Source: a virus
Taxonomy: Duplodnaviria; Caudoviricetes
IMG/VR virus record: IMGVR_UViG_3300010052_000146
Span: 1-43,635 of that record
Reading direction: 5' to 3' (one strand)
Length of the DNA: 43,635 bases
Part shown: positions 15,693 to 25,722 of the stretch, in pieces
Layout of the letters: each line of letters begins with the position of its first letter
Numbering within the stretch: position 1 is the first letter of the stretch
Translations under genes and position numbers: made by a program
Notes under the pieces: generated by a model
Told to the model about the DNA's origin: nothing
The model's input: only the letters and a program-made list of their open reading frames with translations
Databases searched by the model: none

Positions 15693-17815
15693 ACGCCCCC
15701 GTTCTCGGCGCCGGCTGGGTCGAACCCGTCCTGGGTGCGAACGCCGCTCGCATCGACAAATCGTTCGCCACGGGCTTGCGGCCTCCGCCGCGCGTCAGCG
15801 TATCGGACTGGGCCGCGGAACATCGGGAGTTCGCAGAGGACGCCCCCTATCCTGGGAAGTGGGATCGGACGCGGGCGGCCTACCTGGACGAGATCATGGA
15901 CGTCCTGTCGCCGCACGACCCGGCGGCGCAGGTGTCCATCATCAAATGCGCGCAGTCGGGTGGCTCGGCGAGCGCCGAGAACTGGATGGGCTACGTTTCG
16001 GACGTCGCCCCCGGCCCGATGATGTACGTCCAGGCGACCATCACGGCGGCCAAGGATTGGCTGGCGGAAAAGTTCTGGCCGATGGTGGAGGCTACGCCCC
16101 GCCTCAACCCGGATCGGCGGGGAAGCATCGTCGGCCGGCGGGTCAAGGAAGGGGGTTCGAACGCCAACCGCGTGCGCTTCAAGCGCGGCGGCTGGATGCT
16201 GATCGCGGGCGCGAATTCGGCGGCCACGCTGCGTCAGCACTCCATCCGTTACGTGGTCGAAGACGATCTCGACCAGTGGCCGGACGACCTGAACCGGCAA
16301 GGATCGCCGGAAGGGATGGTGACGGCGCGCCTGCGGGCGTTCACACGGCAGGGGATCGCCAAGCGGCTCAAGATTTCGACGCCGACGAACAAGGGTGCAT
16401 CGAAAATCGGTCGGGCCTGGGCGGCCTCTGACCAGCGCCGCTACTACCTCAAGTGTCGGCACTGCCTCGCGCGCTTCGATCCGGTCTTCACCGACCTCAA
16501 ATACCCGGACGGCCGTCCCGATCAGGTGAAACTGATCACACCGTGCTGCCAGGAGCCGGTCGCGCACTGGGAAAAGGCTCTGATGAGCTTCGCCGATGGC
16601 TGGCTTGCGACGGCGCCGACCGAGGACGGCGAAGTCCCCGATCGGGTGATGGCGGAAAACGAGTTCCAGGGCTGGCGCAACGTGAAACGCGACGGCCTTC
16701 AGCCTGGGTTTCACATATCGGGGATCATCACCGCGTTCCAAACGTGGGCTGATCTTTGCAAAGGGTTCGTCGACGCACAGGGAGACGTCAACGCGCTCCG
16801 CACCTGGACCAATCTGGACCTGGGCGACGAGTTCGTCATGAGGGGCGACGCCCCTCCGGCCGAGTCGTTGCAGGTGCTGCGGTCGCAGGAGTGGGACAAA
16901 CACCAGCTTCCCTACGGGCCGATCGTTTTCACCCTGGCCTGCGACGTTCAAGGCGACGGGATCTACTTCGAAGGCCTCGGCTGGGCCTTCGGGCTGGAAA
17001 ACTGGAGCCTGGACCACGGCTTTCTGCCCGGCCCGACGGATATTCCGGGTCAAGGGGCATGGGCGGCGCTGGAAGAGTACGCGAAACGGACCTTCGTCCT
17101 GCCGGGTGGCAAAGCCTTCGGCTACGACATGATCGTGGTGGACGCTGGCTATCACACCGAGGGAGCAAAGGCGTTCTGCAAGCGGCGCCCTAACCGCCTC
17201 CCGGTCTTCGGGCGCGATGGTTGGACCCTGCCGATCCTCGGTCGCGGCCAGCCCATTCACTACGAGCAGGGCAAGAACAACCGCAACAAGCGCCGGAAAA
17301 AGGCCGGCGAGGATGCGTTCTTGGTCGGCACCTATGGCGCAAAGCTGTCGTGGTTCGGGTTCCTGCGCGCGTCGATCGAAACCGCCCAGGCCGAGCTGCG
17401 CGGCGAACGGCCTGAGCCTCTACGGGGCCGTGTGCATTTCGGTCGCCATGCGACGGACGACTATTTCGACATGCTCACCAGCGAGAGCTGCGTGGTCGAG
17501 GTGAAACGCGGTCATGCCCGCCGGGTTTGGAAGCCGGAGCCCGGCCGGCAAAACCACTGGCTGGACTGCCGCATCTACAACCGCGCCGCCGCTGAGGCGA
17601 TGTCGCTCGATAGCCGATCGTCGGCTGACTGGCTCGCGCTTCAGGCCGACCGGTACGCCTCCGTCGCACCCGGACAGGACGACCTGGTGGCGCGGATGAT
17701 CAACCCAGTTCCCGCGGCGACGCCTGCGCCCGCACCAACACCCGCCCAGCCCCGCCCGCAGGCCACCGAGACGGGCGACGCCGGCTGGATCGACAATCGG
17801 AAGGATTGGCTCTGA
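15689..17815 (+). CDS. Terminase large subunit, GpA family
   Basis: VSDWA, KCAQSGGS, KISTPT, SDQRRY..C..C, ACDVQ, VDAGY, NHWLDCRIY. Confidence 0.95.
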   Translation: MNAPVLGAGWVEPVLGANAARIDKSFATGLRPPPRVSVSDWAAEHREFAEDAPYPGKWDRTRAAYLDEIMDVLSPHDPAAQVSIIKCAQSGGSASAENWMGYVSDVAPGPMMYVQATITAAKDWLAEKFWPMVEATPRLNPDRRGSIVGRRVKEGGSNANRVRFKRGGWMLIAGANSAATLRQHSIRYVVEDDLDQWPDDLNRQGSPEGMVTARLRAFTRQGIAKRLKISTPTNKGASKIGRAWAASDQRRYYLKCRHCLARFDPVFTDLKYPDGRPDQVKLITPCCQEPVAHWEKALMSFADGWLATAPTEDGEVPDRVMAENEFQGWRNVKRDGLQPGFHISGIITAFQTWADLCKGFVDAQGDVNALRTWTNLDLGDEFVMRGDAPPAESLQVLRSQEWDKHQLPYGPIVFTLACDVQGDGIYFEGLGWAFGLENWSLDHGFLPGPTDIPGQGAWAALEEYAKRTFVLPGGKAFGYDMIVVDAGYHTEGAKAFCKRRPNRLPVFGRDGWTLPILGRGQPIHYEQGKNNRNKRRKKAGEDAFLVGTYGAKLSWFGFLRASIETAQAELRGERPEPLRGRVHFGRHATDDYFDMLTSESCVVEVKRGHARRVWKPEPGRQNHWLDCRIYNRAAAEAMSLDSRSSADWLALQADRYASVAPGQDDLVARMINPVPAATPAPAPTPAQPRPQATETGDAGWIDNRKDWL

Positions 17816-18039
17816 TGCCAGCACCCGACTACGCCGTGGAGATCGACCGCCTCGAAGCGGCGCTCAGCTCGGGCGAATTGACGATCGAGCAGGACGGCGA
17901 GCGCGTGACCTATCGCAGTCGCGCCGACCTGGAAGGCGCTCTGACCTATTTCCGCAATCAGGCCGCGTCGGCGACCGGCGTCGGGCAGGCCTCGCGGTCT
18001 CAATTCGGGTTCCGGCCCGCCGGCTACAGCAAGGACTGA
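17815..18039 (+). CDS. gpW-like head-tail joining protein
   Basis: LEAALSSG...DGERVTYRSRADL. Confidence 0.85.
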   Translation: MPAPDYAVEIDRLEAALSSGELTIEQDGERVTYRSRADLEGALTYFRNQAASATGVGQASRSQFGFRPAGYSKD

Positions 18040-19526
18040 TGATGAAGCTCGGCGAAGTCATCGACCGGATCATCGAACCGTTCGACCCGGGCCGCGTGCG
18101 CCGCCGGATGGCGGAACGCGCTGCCGTGGAGGCGATGCGGGATTACGATGTCGCCCGGCGCGGACGGAGAACGCAAGGCTGGCGGCGTGTTAACAGCAGC
18201 GCCGACCGCGAGGGCGAAAAGGGCCGTGAACGGGCGGCGTCGGCCGGCTACGACCTGGTCCGTAACAACATCTATGCCGCCGCCATTGAGGCGCAGCTCA
18301 AGGCGCATCTGGTCGGGGATGGGATCGCGATCAAGGCGACCCACCGCCTGAAGAAGGTGGCCAAGCGCGCGCAGGAGGATTGGGACTCGTTCGCAGCGTC
18401 TCGCGTCGATGGGCGACAGGACATCTACGGTGTGCAGCGACTGTCGTGCAGCGGCATGATCGTCGGCGGTGAAACGCTGATCGTCTGGCAGCCGGACGAC
18501 CAAGGCCCAAACGGGCGCTGCCGGGTCCTGGAGGGCGCTTACCTCGACGCGACCAAGAATCGTGACGTCGAGAGCGAAAACCTGATCGTGCAGGGCGTCG
18601 AGTTCAACGATCGCGGCGACCGGGTCGCGTACTGGCTGTTCGACCGGCATCCCGACGACCACGGATTTCGGGCTCGGGATTCGCGTCGGTTCCTGGCTGA
18701 GCACGTCGATCATGTGTTCGACCAGGTGCGACCTGGCCAGACCCGCGGCGTGTCCTGGCTCGCGCCCCACGCCCTCCCCCTCCGCGACATCAGCGAGCTT
18801 CAGGACGCTGGCCTGATGCGCGAGAAGATCGCCGCCTGCGTGGCGCTGATCCTGACGCCAGGGGAGAACGGGGGTCCGACCACTCCATTCGACGGAGCTG
18901 CGTCCGAACAGGCCGGCTCAAACGAGCCCGAAACGCTACGTCCTGGCCTGATTTTGCGCGCTCGCCCCGGCGAGACGGCGACGACTTTGACCCCCACGCC
19001 CAGCAATGGTGCGCGCGATCTGGTCAAACAGCAGTTGATGGGCGTCGCGGCCTCGACGGTGCCCTATCACATCCTGAGCGGCGACCCGAGCGAGGCGAAT
19101 TACTCGTCGCTCCGGGCGATTACCAACCCGTTCCACACCCGTCTGGACGATGTCCAGCAGAACATCCTCGTGCCGTTCCTCGCGGCGCCGGCTTTCGAGC
19201 GCCGGATGAAGCGCCTGGCGCTCATGACCGGCGACAAGCGGTTCCTGGAAGTGGTCCCCGAATGCGCGTTCCCGCCGCGTCGCTACAACGACCCGATCAA
19301 GGACCTGACCGGGGAACTTCTCGAAATCCGGGCTGGCCTGAAGTCGTTCGACAAGGCGCTTTCCGAACGCGGGTTGAGTGTTGAGGACCAGCTCGCGCTG
19401 ATCAAGACCATGAACGACCTGATCGACGCTTACGGCTTAGCGCTCGAGATCGACCCGCGCCGCTTGACGACCAGCGGCGTCCTCCAGGCCGCGACCGGCT
19501 ATCTCGCCGGCAAGCAACAGGACTAG
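18039..19526 (+). CDS. Portal protein, lambda family
   Basis: DLVRNN, VGDGI, QGVEF, RPGQTRGVSW, SGD.S.ANYSSLR. Confidence 0.95.
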   Translation: MMKLGEVIDRIIEPFDPGRVRRRMAERAAVEAMRDYDVARRGRRTQGWRRVNSSADREGEKGRERAASAGYDLVRNNIYAAAIEAQLKAHLVGDGIAIKATHRLKKVAKRAQEDWDSFAASRVDGRQDIYGVQRLSCSGMIVGGETLIVWQPDDQGPNGRCRVLEGAYLDATKNRDVESENLIVQGVEFNDRGDRVAYWLFDRHPDDHGFRARDSRRFLAEHVDHVFDQVRPGQTRGVSWLAPHALPLRDISELQDAGLMREKIAACVALILTPGENGGPTTPFDGAASEQAGSNEPETLRPGLILRARPGETATTLTPTPSNGARDLVKQQLMGVAASTVPYHILSGDPSEANYSSLRAITNPFHTRLDDVQQNILVPFLAAPAFERRMKRLALMTGDKRFLEVVPECAFPPRRYNDPIKDLTGELLEIRAGLKSFDKALSERGLSVEDQLALIKTMNDLIDAYGLALEIDPRRLTTSGVLQAATGYLAGKQQD

Positions 19527-19531
19527 ATCCG

Positions 19532-21505
19532 ATGACAACTCGTCAGACCCGCCGCCAGGTCGCCCTGGCGGTGCAACGTCGTGCGTCCGATGCGTCGAGC
19601 TACAGCGCCGACGCCCGCACGGTCGATCTCACGGCCGCGACCGGCACGCGAGTTCTCCGCTGGTCCTGGGACCGCGACTACTACTGGGAAGTCCTCGACT
19701 GCAGCGAAGGCGCCGTGGACCTCGGTCGCGTCGAGCGCGGCGTGTGCCCCCTGCTGGACGCCCATTCGCGCTGGAGCATCAAGGACCAGCTCGGAAAGAT
19801 CACCGGCGCCAGGTTCGAAGCCGGCGCCCTCATCACGCCGGCGCAGTTCGGCGAATCCGACGCCGCCCGGGAGGCTGAAGCCCAGGTCGCCGCGGGCGTC
19901 ATCAAGGGCGTGAGCATCGGCTACCGGGTCCTTGAGCTGACCCTGACCGAACACAAGGACGGCGACTATCCCGTCTACACCGCCACCCGCTGGGAGCTGC
20001 TGGAAGTCTCCCTTTGTCCCGTTCCCGCCGACCCGGACGCAGGGGTCCGGTCGGGTAGTGGATCGCACCCCTGCATCATCGTGGAGAACCGGCATATGGA
20101 ACCGGAAGAGAACGGCAACCCCGGCCAGGCGCCGGCCATCGAATCCCGCGCGGCTCCGGCCGCGCCGATCGCGCCCGAGCCCCCGGTTCGGACGGTTCAG
20201 CAGCCCGCGCCGGCTGCGCCTGCGAGCGCCGCTCGCATGTCCCCGGCCGAAGCGCTGGACTTCGTGGACGACGCCCGCGCCTTCGGCGACGACATCGCGA
20301 CCCAGGCCCGCGGCTGGGCGACCGACCTGACGCCGGACGTGGCTCGTCAGAACCTTCTGCGCGCTGCTGCGGACGCCCAGCGGGGCGAGGCGCCGCTGCG
20401 GCCGACCCAGGGCAACATCCGCGTCACCGTGGACGAGCGGGACACCGCCCGGGCGGCCATGGAGAACGCCCTGGAACATCGCAGCGACACTTCGGTGGCG
20501 CTGACCGACGCCGCTCGGGAGTGGCGCGGCATGACCCTGCTGGAGATGGCTCGCTACAGCCTGGAGAAAAATGGCGAGAAGCGGGTCCGTGGCCTCAATC
20601 GTCGTGAACTGGCCGACATGGCCCTTTCCCGGGCCCACGCGACGACGGATTTCCCGTTCATCCTGTCGAATGTCGCCGGCAAGACGCTGCGGCGTGGCTA
20701 TGAGCAGGCCCCGCAAACCTTCAAGCGGTGGCAGCGCAAGGCCACGGCGTCTGATTTCAAGCAGATCACCCGCCTGCAGCTCGGCGGCGCCCCCGACTTC
20801 CTGCTGGTGCCTGAAGGCGGGACCTTCAAGATGGGGACCATCGGCGAAGGCCGGGAAGTCTACGCGCTGGCCACCTATGGCCGTCGCCTGTCGTTCACCC
20901 GGCAGATGATGATCAACGATGACCTCGACGCCTTCGTGCGCCTCGCGCAGATGCTTGGCGCGGCGGCGGCGCGCTTCGAATCCGATGCTGCGTATGCGCC
21001 GCTCAACGGCAACCCGAACATGGCGGACGGCATTCCGCTGTTTCACGCCAATCACAAGAACCTCGCGGCGATCGGGGGTGCGATTTCCGAGGGCACTCTG
21101 ACCGACGCGGACGTGGCGATGGGCAGCCAGACGGGGCTCCAGGGCGAAGTCCTCAACATCTCCGGCAAGTACCTGCTGGTGGGTCGCAAGGACCGCGTCC
21201 CGGGCATGAAGATGCTCTCGGGTGTACAGGCGAACACGACCGGCGACGTCAACGTCTTCGCCAACTCGCTGGAGCTGATCGTGGAGTCGCGGCTCAACCG
21301 CGCTGCGGGGCCGCAACCCTACTACGTCGCTGCGGACGCCAACGAGATCGATACGATCGAGTACTGCTATCTGGAAGGCGACGAGGGCGTCTATCTCGAA
21401 GAGCGTCAGGGCTACGAGAGTGACGGCCTGGACCTGAAGGCCCGTCTCGATTTCGCGGTGAAAGCCATCGATCACCGCGGCCTCTACAAGAACCCCGGCC
21501 TGTAA
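19532..21505 (+). CDS. Prohead protease-major capsid fusion
   Basis: PLLDAH, VSIGY, EVSLCPVPAD protease motifs; TTDFP.IL, YGR...TRQMMINDDL capsid motifs. Confidence 0.93.
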   Translation: MTTRQTRRQVALAVQRRASDASSYSADARTVDLTAATGTRVLRWSWDRDYYWEVLDCSEGAVDLGRVERGVCPLLDAHSRWSIKDQLGKITGARFEAGALITPAQFGESDAAREAEAQVAAGVIKGVSIGYRVLELTLTEHKDGDYPVYTATRWELLEVSLCPVPADPDAGVRSGSGSHPCIIVENRHMEPEENGNPGQAPAIESRAAPAAPIAPEPPVRTVQQPAPAAPASAARMSPAEALDFVDDARAFGDDIATQARGWATDLTPDVARQNLLRAAADAQRGEAPLRPTQGNIRVTVDERDTARAAMENALEHRSDTSVALTDAAREWRGMTLLEMARYSLEKNGEKRVRGLNRRELADMALSRAHATTDFPFILSNVAGKTLRRGYEQAPQTFKRWQRKATASDFKQITRLQLGGAPDFLLVPEGGTFKMGTIGEGREVYALATYGRRLSFTRQMMINDDLDAFVRLAQMLGAAAARFESDAAYAPLNGNPNMADGIPLFHANHKNLAAIGGAISEGTLTDADVAMGSQTGLQGEVLNISGKYLLVGRKDRVPGMKMLSGVQANTTGDVNVFANSLELIVESRLNRAAGPQPYYVAADANEIDTIEYCYLEGDEGVYLEERQGYESDGLDLKARLDFAVKAIDHRGLYKNPGL

Positions 21506-21519
21506 CCGGCACATTGTGA

Positions 21520-21551
21520 CGGGGCCGCCTTCGCGGCGGCCCCGCTTTCTT
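21520..21551 (+). terminator. Intrinsic terminator after capsid gene
   Basis: CGGGGCCGCC-TTCGC-GGCGGCCCCG followed by CTTTCTT. Confidence 0.75.
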
Positions 21552-21640
21552 CCACCAGCATAGAGACCCGACGCCCTCGCGGGGGCGCCCGTTGTCTATG
21601 CCGGCATGATCCCGGCGAGCATCAGCAAAGGGACTATCCA

Positions 21641-21979
21641 ATGAAAAACATGGTTTCCGAGGGTGACACCCTCGACTTCATCGCGCCGGCTGGCGGCGTG
21701 ACCGGCGGTTCCGGCATCTTGATCGGCGTCGCCTTCGGCATCGTCGTCGCGTCGGTCGCGGCTGGGGAAACGGGCACGGCCAAGCTGCGCGGCGAGTACG
21801 ATCAGCCGGCGGAGGGCGGCGCCGGCCTCGACATTGCTCAGGGCGGCCTCGTCTACTGGGACAACGCCAACAAGCGGATGACCAAGACGGCGGCCGGCAA
21901 CACCAAAGTCGGCTACGCCACGGTCGCCAAGGCCGCCGCCGATACGTCGGTGCGCCTCCGCCTGGTCGCCGCGATCTAG
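21641..21979 (+). CDS. DUF2190-type capsid cement protein
   Basis: MKN...G..L...AP.GGV..G; G.LVYWD; G.A..A.....V.LRL. Confidence 0.85.
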   Translation: MKNMVSEGDTLDFIAPAGGVTGGSGILIGVAFGIVVASVAAGETGTAKLRGEYDQPAEGGAGLDIAQGGLVYWDNANKRMTKTAAGNTKVGYATVAKAAADTSVRLRLVAAI

Positions 21980-22023
21980 GCCGACCCGGGAACCCCAACC
22001 TCAAAAGCAAACGGAGAGGCGCT

Positions 22024-22443
22024 ATGCGCTCGATCTTCCCGGGCCTTATGGCCCATGCGGCGCTGGCCGCTCTTCAGAATGACGGCGCTGCGGCTGCCCC
22101 TTTGGCTAACGCAGCGGCGACGGCGCCTGCGACGGCCGAGCCCGCCCCGGCAGCTCCCTCCCCGCCCGCAGAAGGAGCGCCCCCGGCTGCGCCGTCCCTG
22201 GCCCCGGATAAGCCTGCAAAGGCGGAAAAGCCCGCCAAGCGCACGAAGGCCGACGAACCCGCGACCGACGGCCGGACCACCATGGCCTGGACCGGCGCCG
22301 GCCACGCGATCAAGCTGAACACCCTCGTCAGCGTGCCGGCTGACCTGGCCGATACGCTGCGCAGCTCCGGCCGCGCGCGCGACGCCGAGAGGGCCGAGAT
22401 CGAGGCCTATGATCTGCCGATCCATGGCCTAGACGCGGTCTGA
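22024..22443 (+). CDS. Ala/Pro-rich hypothetical virion protein
   Basis: GGAGAGG SD; lies in the head module. Confidence 0.6.
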   Translation: MRSIFPGLMAHAALAALQNDGAAAAPLANAAATAPATAEPAPAAPSPPAEGAPPAAPSLAPDKPAKAEKPAKRTKADEPATDGRTTMAWTGAGHAIKLNTLVSVPADLADTLRSSGRARDAERAEIEAYDLPIHGLDAV

Positions 22444-22445
22444 AC

Positions 22446-22772
22446 ATGAACCGCCCCCTTGAGCGCCGCCAGCGCGTCCTCGCCTCGGTCTACGACCACT
22501 ATGGCGAAGCCGCTCAGTGGACCCAGGGGGGCGGCCCACCGACGGGTTGTGTCGTGCGCCGTCGCGGCGGCGAAGGCCTGGCCGGCTACGGCGACAGCCA
22601 GGCGATTGTCGGTGAAGCCTGGATGCGCGTCCGCGTCACCGAGCCATTCGAGCCAGGCCGCGGAGATCTGATCGAGATCGTCGACACGGGAGAGAAATTC
22701 CAGGTCGGAAATCGACCGCGGAAGACCAAGACCGGCCTGGAATGGGTCATCGAGCCGATCGGCCTTGGCTGA
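22446..22772 (+). CDS. Head-tail joining protein (FII-like)
   Basis: Size, position and P..GDLIEI...W motif. Confidence 0.7.
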   Translation: MNRPLERRQRVLASVYDHYGEAAQWTQGGGPPTGCVVRRRGGEGLAGYGDSQAIVGEAWMRVRVTEPFEPGRGDLIEIVDTGEKFQVGNRPRKTKTGLEWVIEPIGLG

Positions 22773-23401
22773 TGGACTTCCGCGTGAACATGACCGGGCT
22801 CAACGAGGGATTGGCCGGTGCAGAGGCGGATATCGCGGCATCGGTAAGCGCTGCGGTAAGGGAAGCAACCCAGCTCCTACAGGACGAAGCGCGCCGGCAG
22901 GTGGAAGAGGCCGGGCTGGGGACGCGTCTGGCTCGTACATGGCGGCGACAGGTGTTTCCGACTACCCGCGACAGCGTGGATGCGGCCGGGTGGATTTACA
23001 CAAAGGCCCCCAAGCTGATCGACGTCTTCGACCGTGGCGCAACTATCGTGCCCTTGGGTGGTCGGCGATACCTCGCCATTCCGACCGAAAATGTGCCGCT
23101 GAAGCGGCGGCGGCGCATGACGCCATTGGAGGTCGAGGCGGCCTTCAATCAAGACCTGATTATCCGGCAGAACGCGAAGGGCACGGTGCTCGGGTTCGTG
23201 AACGTTTTGCAGTCGCGCAACCTCCGCGGCTTTCGTCGGGCAACAGCGCGGCGTCTCGCGCAAGGCCGCGGCCTGAAGCTTGTCCTGATGTTCGTGTTCG
23301 TGCGGCAGGCCGTCCTTCGCAAGCGATTGAATTTGGCGGCCCTTGAGGCGCCTGCGCTTGCCCGCTGGCCCGGCCTTCTCGCCAAGCACTGGAGAGCCTG
23401 A
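22772..23401 (+). CDS. Tail completion protein (gpZ-like/DUF6441-like)
   Basis: AGLG.RLARTWR, KAP.LI..FDRGATI, YLAIPT, LRKRLNL. Confidence 0.75.
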   Translation: MDFRVNMTGLNEGLAGAEADIAASVSAAVREATQLLQDEARRQVEEAGLGTRLARTWRRQVFPTTRDSVDAAGWIYTKAPKLIDVFDRGATIVPLGGRRYLAIPTENVPLKRRRRMTPLEVEAAFNQDLIIRQNAKGTVLGFVNVLQSRNLRGFRRATARRLAQGRGLKLVLMFVFVRQAVLRKRLNLAALEAPALARWPGLLAKHWRA

Positions 23402-23832
23402 TGGAAAGCCATCGCGAGAAGGTGCTGAACGCGCTGAAGGCGCTTATCGTCACTGCCCTGCCGAATGCGGACGTCGCCCGCAACGGCGACGAGGATCGCA
23501 TCGGCCCGGGCGGCGCGGCCAACATCAATGACGGCGATCCGGGCGAGCCGGACGTTCTGCTGTCGCCGCTCAGCTACACCTATTCGCACCGCATCCCGGT
23601 CGACCTCGCCGCCTACGAGAGCGCGACCAAGAGCCGGGAAGCGGTGCTGGACGAAATGCTGGCGGCGGTCGGCCTGGCCATCGAGGCGGACCGCACCCTG
23701 GGCGGCCTTTGCGAATGGCTGGAGCCCGAGGCGCCCATCACCGACGACGCCGACCCCTTCGGCTCCCAGCCGCTGCGCTGGACCTCGCTGGGCGTCCTCG
23801 CCGTCTACACGACGAAAAACCCCCTCACCTGA
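23401..23832 (+). CDS. Tail terminator-like protein
   Basis: S.RE.VL.AL, DGDPGEPDVLLSP..Y.Y.H, ADRTLGGLC.W, Y.T.NPL. Confidence 0.75.
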   Translation: MESHREKVLNALKALIVTALPNADVARNGDEDRIGPGGAANINDGDPGEPDVLLSPLSYTYSHRIPVDLAAYESATKSREAVLDEMLAAVGLAIEADRTLGGLCEWLEPEAPITDDADPFGSQPLRWTSLGVLAVYTTKNPLT

Positions 23833-23844
23833 CGGAGAACTGCA

Positions 23845-25134
23845 ATGCGTCGCGCACGCGGAGCCAACGCCATCATGGCGATGGCGTTCAACAACTCGGG
23901 CGCCTATGGCGCTATTCCGGTCGCCGGCTGGCACAAGGTGCCGTTCGCCTCCGCAAACCTCGGGGAAGAACAGGCCCTGATCGAGAGCGACCTACTCGGC
24001 TACGGACGCGCTCCGCTCCCGCCGAGCAAGGACGTCATCAACAACGACGGCGACGTTCGCGTCCCGGTCGATCTCAACAACTTCGGCTATTGGCTCAAGC
24101 TCCTGATGGGCGCACCGCAGACCGAGGCGGGCCTCCCTGCGACCGGCTCCATCACCTTCACGCAGCAGCCGGAGGACGAAGCGACGATAACGATCGCCGG
24201 CCAGGCCTTCACCTTCGTTGTGGGCGCGCCTGCGGCCAATGAGATCAGGATCGGCGCGAACCTGCCGATGACGGTCGAGAATGCGGTGCGTGCGCTGAAC
24301 GTCAGCGCCGTCGCGGGTGTCGCCGCTTCGACGTACCGCGCCAGCGCCGATGGGTTCGCCATCCTGATCGAACACGATGCGCTCGGCCTGGGCGGTAATG
24401 CCCGCACCTTGGCCGCCAGCGCCGACGCGCACGCGGTTCTGTCGGGCGCGACCCTCACGGGTGGCGCAGCGGCCGGAGCCTTCCGAAACGTGTACGAGGC
24501 CGGCGCCCTGGAGCTGCCCGACGCCTGCGTGGAGATCGGCCTGCCGGATGCCGGCTCTTTCGGCGTGAACTTCGGCGTCATGGCGAACACCCTGGGGATC
24601 GAGCTGCAGCGCAGCGGCCACCTGGCCGCGACGATCGGGCTCATCGCTCAGGGCGAGCGCCGGGACGTCGTCACCGCGGCTGCGGCCGCCGATGAACAGC
24701 CGATCGAGCGGTTCAGTCAATTCTCGGGGGTGATTGAGCGTCAGGGCGTGCCGCTCGGCGACGTCGTCTCGGGAACGTTCAACTACTCGAACGGCCTGGA
24801 CAAGGTCGAGGTCATCCGCCCCGACGGCCGGATCGCGGGCGCCGACCCCGGCATGATGTCCTCCAACGGCAACCTGGTCACGCGGTTCAAGGACACCAGC
24901 ATGATCGACATCGCCCTGAACGGCGAGCCGATCGACTTGACCTGGTCGTGGCGCATCTCGGCAGCCAAGCAACTCCGCCTGACGCAGCACAGCGTCTATC
25001 TGCCCAAGCCGCGTTTCCCGATCAGCGGCCCCGGCGGCGTCCAGGGAACCTTCGCCTACCAGGCTTCGGCCAAGGCGGGTTCGACGAGTTTCCTGACCGC
25101 CTCGCTGATCAGCGGCTTCGATCACTCGGCCTGA
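23845..25134 (+). CDS. Tail tube protein with inserted domain
   Basis: RARGAN, LGEEQ.LIESDLLG.GR.P, N.LD.VE.IR.DG.I.GADPG, VYLPKP...ISGPGGVQ. Confidence 0.85.
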   Translation: MRRARGANAIMAMAFNNSGAYGAIPVAGWHKVPFASANLGEEQALIESDLLGYGRAPLPPSKDVINNDGDVRVPVDLNNFGYWLKLLMGAPQTEAGLPATGSITFTQQPEDEATITIAGQAFTFVVGAPAANEIRIGANLPMTVENAVRALNVSAVAGVAASTYRASADGFAILIEHDALGLGGNARTLAASADAHAVLSGATLTGGAAAGAFRNVYEAGALELPDACVEIGLPDAGSFGVNFGVMANTLGIELQRSGHLAATIGLIAQGERRDVVTAAAAADEQPIERFSQFSGVIERQGVPLGDVVSGTFNYSNGLDKVEVIRPDGRIAGADPGMMSSNGNLVTRFKDTSMIDIALNGEPIDLTWSWRISAAKQLRLTQHSVYLPKPRFPISGPGGVQGTFAYQASAKAGSTSFLTASLISGFDHSA

Positions 25135-25167
25135 CGGCCGGAAATCCCATTCGCCTAAGGACAGCCA

Positions 25168-25722
25168 ATGCCCAGACTTGCCAGGGGTCGCGAACCGACC
25201 TGGATCACACTCACGGAGGCGACGAAGGAGGAACCGGCGTGCCGGGTTCTTGTTCGACCCTACACGATCGCCGGAAAATCGGTCGGGCTGCTGGCGCTGC
25301 GCAATGCACTGGAATGTGGAGCGACGGCGCCTGAGGGCAACATCGCCTTTTCGGTCGGCCTGGCGACCTGGGCAGTAATGGAGTGGGAGGGGGTTGGCGA
25401 TGAAGCTGGCGAGCCGGTCCCCTGCACGCGCGACGATGTCCGCCTTCTGATGGAGCAGCACGAGGCCGCCTTCGCAGCGTTCGAGCGACTGTATGTGACG
25501 CCCGCCATTGAGGGCGACAACGAAAAAAACGGATCATCGCCCTCGCCGCATGGCACTTCGCCGGCCGGGGCGGCTCCGAGGAAGACGAAGAAGAAGACCA
25601 AGGCGAAGGTGCGCCGTGGGGCGGGCGCAGCTACTGCGACGGCTGCGCCTGCCAAAGCGGCGAATGCCCGTACCGCCGCCACCAGCCGCAAAGCGACGAA
25701 GGCCGCGCCGTCTGGGGTCTGA
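25168..25722 (+). CDS. Tail assembly chaperone (G-like)
   Basis: WEGVGD..G.P.P, YV.P.....EKN; between tube and TMP. Confidence 0.8.
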   Translation: MPRLARGREPTWITLTEATKEEPACRVLVRPYTIAGKSVGLLALRNALECGATAPEGNIAFSVGLATWAVMEWEGVGDEAGEPVPCTRDDVRLLMEQHEAAFAAFERLYVTPAIEGDNEKNGSSPSPHGTSPAGAAPRKTKKKTKAKVRRGAGAATATAAPAKAANARTAATSRKATKAAPSGV

